Source of the DNA: an uncultured Acidobacteriota bacterium
GTDB lineage: Bacteria > Acidobacteriota > Terriglobia > Acidiferrales > UBA7541
Direction: 5' to 3'
DNA length: 64,000 nucleotides
Assembly: GCA_963719065.1 (NCBI GenBank)
Contig: CAVRAM010000002.1
Span: 176,882-240,881 of the forward strand
Under the pieces are notes generated by a model that ran no database searches, was not told where the DNA came from, and saw only the letters and a program-made list of their open reading frames with translations. Positions 59,276 to 64,000 of this stretch are shown here, in pieces; position 1 is the stretch's first letter, and the number at the start of each line of letters is the position of its first letter. Made by a program: the position numbers and the translations under genes.

Positions 59276-60307
59276 CTACAGAGCCGAGGCATCCCCCTCG
59301 GAAGGCGGAGGAGCGGTCTGGCTCGGGAGCGGCGGCCAGATGATGCGGCCGTGCTCGTCGAATTTCATACCCAGGCTCAAGCCCATCTTGTGAAGGATGT
59401 CTTTGATTTCATTCAGCGACTTGCGTCCGAAATTCTTGGTCTTGAGCATTTCGGATTCGGTCTTCTGCACCAGTTCGCGCAGGTTTTGAATGTTGGCGTT
59501 CTTCAAGCAATTGTAGGAGCGCACGGAAAGCTCGAGTTCTTCGACGGAGCGGTCGAGGAATTCCAGGCGAGGATCGCTGAAGTTCTCGACGACTTCGTCG
59601 GGCAGATCCGGCGTCTCTTCGAAGTTGATGAAGATGCTCATGTGGTCTTTCACGAGCTTGGAAGCCAAGCCAATCGCGTCCTGCGGAGTGATGGCGGCGT
59701 TGGTCCAAACCTCGAGAGTGAGCTTTTCGTAATCGGTCATCTGACCCAGACGGGCCGCTTCAACCGCGTAGTTGACCTTGCGCACCGGCGAATGGATCGA
59801 GTCGATGGGAATGTATCCGATCGGCAAATCTTCGTCGAAGTTGCGGTCGGCAGCGACGTATCCGCGGCCATTCTTGACCCGCAGTTCGAGTTCGAACTTG
59901 CCGCCTTCGCTGACGGTGGCGATATAGATGTTTTTGTCGAGGACGGCGATGTCGGCGTCTTCTTCGATCTTCGCGGACGTAACCGGACCCGGCGTATCGA
60001 CGACCAAGGTGATGGTCTTGGGCTGGTCGGTGTTCAACTTCAGCGGAACCTGCTTCAGGTTCAGGATGATGTCGGTCGCGTCTTCCACAACTCCAGGGAT
60101 CGGAGAAAACTCATGCAACACGCCTTCGATTTTCACGGCGGTAATGGCTGCGCCTTCGATGGAGCTCAACAGCGCGCGCCGCAGAGAGTTGCCGACGGTG
60201 GTGCCCCAACCGCGCTCAAACGGCTGCGCGGAAAACTTTCCGTACTTGTCGGTCAACGACTCCGGTTCTGCTGCCAAACGCTTTGGTTTCTGGAAGCCCT
60301 TCCACAT
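59276..60307 (-). CDS. rpoA: DNA-directed RNA polymerase alpha subunit
   Basis: [41 protein letters not shown]... and the C-terminal domain [16 protein letters not shown]. Confidence 0.95.
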   Translation of the reverse strand: MWKGFQKPKRLAAEPESLTDKYGKFSAQPFERGWGTTVGNSLRRALLSSIEGAAITAVKIEGVLHEFSPIPGVVEDATDIILNLKQVPLKLNTDQPKTITLVVDTPGPVTSAKIEEDADIAVLDKNIYIATVSEGGKFELELRVKNGRGYVAADRNFDEDLPIGYIPIDSIHSPVRKVNYAVEAARLGQMTDYEKLTLEVWTNAAITPQDAIGLASKLVKDHMSIFINFEETPDLPDEVVENFSDPRLEFLDRSVEELELSVRSYNCLKNANIQNLRELVQKTESEMLKTKNFGRKSLNEIKDILHKMGLSLGMKFDEHGRIIWPPLPSQTAPPPSEGDASAL

Positions 60308-60406
60308 ATCTAACGTTCCTCCTGGCCCGCCAGAGGCGGACCTGCAAACAAACCCAAGAACAATTACAAAAACGGGACTCGAAAGCGGAGCGCGAAACGG
60401 AGAGCG

Positions 60407-61039
60407 CTACTTCGAGTAGAGTTCGACGATGAGCTGTTCGTTCATCGGCGGAGTCTGCACGTCTTCGCGGCGCGGCAGAGCGACGACCTTGGCCTTGAAA
60501 GCGGCCGGGTCGATATCGAGCCACGGAGCGACGCCCTGGCTCTTGGCGAGATTGCGCGCTTCGAGGACCATGGCGTTTTCGTGCATCTTATCTTTCAGCG
60601 AGATTTCTTCGCCGACCTGAACCAGATAGCTGGGGATATTGACCTTGTGGCCCTTCACGCGGATGTGGCCGTGAAGAACCAATTGGCGCGCCTGGGAGCG
60701 CGAACCCGCGAGGCCCATGCGGTAAACGACGTTGTCGAGACGCCGTTCGAGCATGACCATCAGGTTCGAGCCGGTGGGGCCCTTGGTCTTTTCCGCCTTC
60801 TCGAAATAGTTGCGGAACTGGCGTTCGAGCAGGCCGTAGGTGCGCTTTACCTTTTGCTTTTCGCGCAACTGAACGCCGTAGCCAACCATCTTGGCGCGGC
60901 GGGCCTGGCCATGCTGACCCGGAACGAAGTTGCGCTTTTCGATGGCGCACTTTTCGGTAAAGCACCGCAGGCCTTTCAGGAACAGTTTTTGACCTTCCCG
61001 ACGGCACAGACGGCAAACTGCATCACGATGTCTTGCCAC
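60407..61039 (-). CDS. rpsD: 30S ribosomal protein S4
   Basis: ARHRDAVCRLCRREGQKLFLKG..RC...YGVQLREKQKVKR. The GTG start is preceded by AAGGAG. Confidence 0.95.
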   Translation of the reverse strand: MARHRDAVCRLCRREGQKLFLKGLRCFTEKCAIEKRNFVPGQHGQARRAKMVGYGVQLREKQKVKRTYGLLERQFRNYFEKAEKTKGPTGSNLMVMLERRLDNVVYRMGLAGSRSQARQLVLHGHIRVKGHKVNIPSYLVQVGEEISLKDKMHENAMVLEARNLAKSQGVAPWLDIDPAAFKAKVVALPRREDVQTPPMNEQLIVELYSK

Positions 61040-61160
61040 TTATGGTTCTCCTTTGTTTCTTTTATTTCTTGGCGATCAGTTTACGGGCTGGCGACCCTTC
61101 TTCCTGATCATTCCGTTTACTGCACTACTTGCCGCACGAGGCGGCATTACCAACTTTGCG

Positions 61161-61619
61161 TTATACGCGGCGGCGCTTCGGCGGACGGCAGCCATTGTGC
61201 GGCACGGGCGTGACGTCTTTGATCGCGTTGATGTGCAAGCCCGAGGAAGCCAGCGCGCGAACGGCGGATTCACGGCCTGCGCCCGGACCCTTGACGCGCA
61301 CTTCAACCGACTTCATGCCGTATTGATCGCGAGCGACGCCCGCGGCCGTGGCAGCAGCCTGCTGCGCGGCGTACGGAGTGCCTTTACGCGAACCCTTGAA
61401 GCCGACCGAGCCGGCCGACGACCAGCTGACGGCACGCCCATCGGGATCGGTAAGCGTAACGATGGTGTTATTGAACGTCGCCTGAATGCAGACGACGCCG
61501 TGCGGCACCACGCGCTTCTCACGCTTCTTGCGGAACTCTTTCTTGCGCTTCGAAGTTTTTGCCGCGCCTGCTGCCGGCGCTGCTCCTGCCGCCGCTGCGT
61601 CTTTCGGTTCTTTTGCCAC
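61161..61619 (-). CDS. rpsK: 30S ribosomal protein S11
   Basis: ...[46 protein letters not shown]..., with an Ala/Lys-rich N-terminal extension. Confidence 0.95.
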   Translation of the reverse strand: MAKEPKDAAAAGAAPAAGAAKTSKRKKEFRKKREKRVVPHGVVCIQATFNNTIVTLTDPDGRAVSWSSAGSVGFKGSRKGTPYAAQQAAATAAGVARDQYGMKSVEVRVKGPGAGRESAVRALASSGLHINAIKDVTPVPHNGCRPPKRRRV

Positions 61620-61689
61620 GCGAGTGTTTCTCCTATTCGATCTGCGAATACGTTTGGTGCGGCGGAGCTAAAACGCTCCGCTTCGGCTC

Positions 61690-62076
61690 TTACTTGCGAG
61701 CCATGGTCTTTTTCTTGGCTGCCACGGCGCCCTTCCGCGGTCCCTTACGGGTGCGCGCGTTGGTGTGGGTGCGCTGGCCGCGAACCGGCAGGTTGCGGCG
61801 ATGGCGCAGTCCGCGATAGGCCTGGATTTCAATCAGGCGGCGGACGTTCATCTGCATCTCTTTGCGAAGATCGCCTTCGACGCGGCCCTCGGCTTCAATG
61901 GCGGCGCGCAGACGAGTCAATTCCTCTTCGGTCAGATCTTTGATCTTCTTGGTGTATTCGACGTTGGCCTTCTCGGCAAGGGACTTCGCGCGAGGCTGGC
62001 CGATTCCGTAAATCGACGTCAATCCAATCCAGAGCCGCTTGTTCGGCGGCAAATCCACACCTGCGATACGAGCCAT
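61690..62076 (-). CDS. rpsM: 30S ribosomal protein S13
   Basis: [33 protein letters not shown]... Confidence 0.95.
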   Translation of the reverse strand: MARIAGVDLPPNKRLWIGLTSIYGIGQPRAKSLAEKANVEYTKKIKDLTEEELTRLRAAIEAEGRVEGDLRKEMQMNVRRLIEIQAYRGLRHRRNLPVRGQRTHTNARTRKGPRKGAVAAKKKTMARK

Positions 62077-62094
62077 TCGCTTTTCTCCTGACCT

Positions 62095-62208
62095 TTAGCC
62101 CTGGCGCTGGCGGTGCTTTGCGTTTTCGCAAATCACACGGACCACGCCGCGCCGGTGAACGATCTTGCACTTCATACAAATCTTTTTTACCGATGCACGA
62201 ACCTTCAT
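62095..62208 (-). CDS. rpmJ: 50S ribosomal protein L36
   Basis: Not in the ORF track because it is under 60 aa. Hand translation of the reverse strand gives [37 protein letters not shown]. It sits in the conserved position between infA and rpsM. Confidence 0.9.
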   Translation of the reverse strand: MKVRASVKKICMKCKIVHRRGVVRVICENAKHRQRQG

Positions 62209-62247
62209 CGAAATCCCCTTGCCGCCGCTTTTGCTGGCAGCGCTGTG

Positions 62248-62511
62248 CTACTTGTAGCGATACACGATCCGGCCGCGCGTCAGGTCGTAGGGCGAAAGCT
62301 CCACGGCCACGCGATCACCGGGCAGAATGCGGATGAAATTCTTGCGCATCTTCCCGGAAATGTGCGCCAGGACCTGATGCTTGTTTTCCAGCTCGACGCG
62401 AAACATGGCGTTCGGAAGAGGTTCCACCACCGTGGCCATTACCTCGATGGCGTCTTCCTTACCGCTGCCTTCGCTGGACTTCTCTTTCTTCTGATCCGGC
62501 CTTCGATTCAT
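62248..62511 (-). CDS. infA: Translation initiation factor IF-1 (with ~17-aa basic N-terminal extension)
   Basis: [70 protein letters not shown]. Confidence 0.92.
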   Translation of the reverse strand: MNRRPDQKKEKSSEGSGKEDAIEVMATVVEPLPNAMFRVELENKHQVLAHISGKMRKNFIRILPGDRVAVELSPYDLTRGRIVYRYK

Positions 62512-62561
62512 GCTCTCCTGTTGCTACCGGGCGCCACTTAATTAGATGCGCGAGAGATTCA

Positions 62562-63335
62562 TCACCAAACCGGGCCCGCTGCGTCCTTGGGCCGGGTCAA
62601 AATCCACGGGCCGCTGGCGGTGACGGCGACGGTGTGCTCGAAATGAGCCGAGTCGCTGCCGTCGGTGGTGACTGCGGTCCAGTCGTCTTCCAGGACACGC
62701 ACGCCGGGGCCGCCGGTGTTCACCATGGGCTCAATCGCCAGGACCATTCCCTCTTGCAGCTTGGGACCCTGGCCGGGCGAACCGTAATTCGGAAGCTGCG
62801 GGTCTTCGTGCATCTTGGTGCCGATGCCGTGCCCCACAAACTCGCGAACCACCGAGTAGCCGTTCTTCTCAACCCAAGCCTGCACGGCGGCGGAAACATC
62901 GCCAAGCCGATTGCCGGGCCGAACTTTGTCGATCGCCTGCTCGAGCGACTCACGCGTGACGCGCAACAGCTTTTCGCGGACCGGATTGATCTTGCCCACC
63001 GGAACCGTTAAAGCCGCGTCGCCGTAGTAGCCGTCGAGCTCGACGCCAAAATCCATCGAAAGAATGTCGCCTTCGCGCAACTTGCGCGACTTCGAAGGAA
63101 TCCCGTGCACCACTTCCTGATTGATGGAAGTGCACACCGAACCGGGATACCCACGGTAGCCCTTGAAGGCCGGCCTCGCGTGATGCTCGACGGTGTAAGC
63201 CTCGGCAAATTCGTCGAGCTGTTGCGTCGTGACGCCGGGCTTGACCATGTGGCGCATCTTATCGAGAGCGCCCCAAACGATCTGCCCTGCGCGATACATC
63301 TTTTCGAGTTCGGACGGCGATTTACAGATGACCAT
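62562..63335 (-). CDS. map: Type I methionine aminopeptidase
   Basis: [15 protein letters not shown]...[17 protein letters not shown]...GHGIG..HE...LAIEPM...EHTV metal-ligand pattern. Confidence 0.93.
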   Translation of the reverse strand: MVICKSPSELEKMYRAGQIVWGALDKMRHMVKPGVTTQQLDEFAEAYTVEHHARPAFKGYRGYPGSVCTSINQEVVHGIPSKSRKLREGDILSMDFGVELDGYYGDAALTVPVGKINPVREKLLRVTRESLEQAIDKVRPGNRLGDVSAAVQAWVEKNGYSVVREFVGHGIGTKMHEDPQLPNYGSPGQGPKLQEGMVLAIEPMVNTGGPGVRVLEDDWTAVTTDGSDSAHFEHTVAVTASGPWILTRPKDAAGPVW

Positions 63336-63984
63336 CGCGACCTTCCGAGCGCTTCAAAATCCGATTCAAAGCCCCGGTGACGATTTCCACGCTTTGGGCT
63401 CCATCAATCACTTCCAGCACACCGTGCGTCCGGTAATACTCGGCCAGCGGCTTGGTCTGGCGTTCGTACGCCGCGAAACGCTCTTTCACAATTTCCGGGC
63501 GGTCGTCATCGCGCTGCACCAGCTTGCCGCCATCCACATCGCAGATGCCGGCCACTTTCGGCGGGCGATCATGAATGTTGTAGGTCTCGCCGCCAACGCT
63601 GCACGTCCAGCGGCCGGCCACGCGCTTGATCAACGTTTCCTGGCTGACCTGAAACTCAATCACCAGCGGCTTGCCGAATCCGCTGCGATGCAGGATCGCA
63701 TCGAGTTCTTCCGCTTGCGGCAAGGTGCGCGGAAAACCGTCAAAGATAAAACCATTCGCGCAATCGGCTCGCTTCAGCCGCTCTTCCACCATGCCGAGCA
63801 CGATGGCATCGGGCACTAGGTCGCCGCGGTCCATGATCGGCTTGGCCTGCTTGCCGAGCGCGGTACCGGTTCCAACCGCTTCGCGCAGCATGTCGCCGGT
63901 AGAAAGATGAGGAACGTTCAGTTCCTTGGCGATGCGCTTGGCCTGCGTGCCCTTTCCGGCTCCCGGAGGCCCAAGAAAGATCAA
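63322..63984 (-). CDS. adk: Adenylate kinase (N-terminus at or just beyond the window edge)
   Basis: [33 protein letters not shown], with a Cys-containing LID (CSVGGETYN...CDVDGG). The track start at 63984 is a TTG. The frame stays open to position 64000 (SKRAL...), so the true start may lie outside the window. Confidence 0.9.
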   Translation of the reverse strand: MIFLGPPGAGKGTQAKRIAKELNVPHLSTGDMLREAVGTGTALGKQAKPIMDRGDLVPDAIVLGMVEERLKRADCANGFIFDGFPRTLPQAEELDAILHRSGFGKPLVIEFQVSQETLIKRVAGRWTCSVGGETYNIHDRPPKVAGICDVDGGKLVQRDDDRPEIVKERFAAYERQTKPLAEYYRTHGVLEVIDGAQSVEIVTGALNRILKRSEGRDGHL

Positions 63985-64000
63985 CGCGCGTTTCGACGCG

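Overview
A 64-kb high-GC (about 60% by eye) bacterial chromosome segment, most likely Acidobacteriota. The taxon call rests on a PadR regulator paired with an orphan duplicated FtsX/MacB-type 'ADOP' permease, a TonB-dependent receptor with a carboxypeptidase-regulatory-like N-terminus, and a Ser/Thr kinase fused to TolB-like propeller repeats. I support about 55 CDS and 2 tRNAs (Lys-CTT, Leu-TAG). I found no rRNA, CRISPR array, transposase, integrase or phage genes.

Most of the window is housekeeping:
- cheA (5' part)
- ackA divergent from phosphoketolase
- tig-clpP-clpX-lon-rho
- a tightly packed minus-strand array: apbC-like, gamma-CA-like, hisS, aspS, small membrane protein, mutL, cmk
- secA and guaB
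- the distal end of the ribosomal-protein cluster: adk-map-infA-rpmJ-rpsM-rpsK-rpsD-rpoA-rplQ. rpmJ is missing from the ORF track because it is only 37 aa.

Things worth a second look:
1. An intergenic repeat family of about 40-110 nt with a GC hairpin core. There are 5 clear copies, all in the same orientation. Four of them sit in consecutive intergenic gaps between 16.4 and 22.7 kb.
2. A TetR-controlled three-gene operon. It encodes a membrane-anchored SRPBCC-like protein and a polytopic ICMT/PEMT-family methyltransferase fused to a CGPC thioredoxin-fold domain. It is preceded by two TTGAAC-N2-GTTCAA palindromes.
3. Promoter geometry suggesting leaderless mRNAs for two regulators.
4. A low-GC orphan spacer and several uncharacterised secreted or membrane gene pairs.

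I do not see a convincing defence, mobile or biosynthetic system. The findings are modest and are labelled that way. The many long ORFs antisense to real genes are artefacts of GC-rich codon bias.
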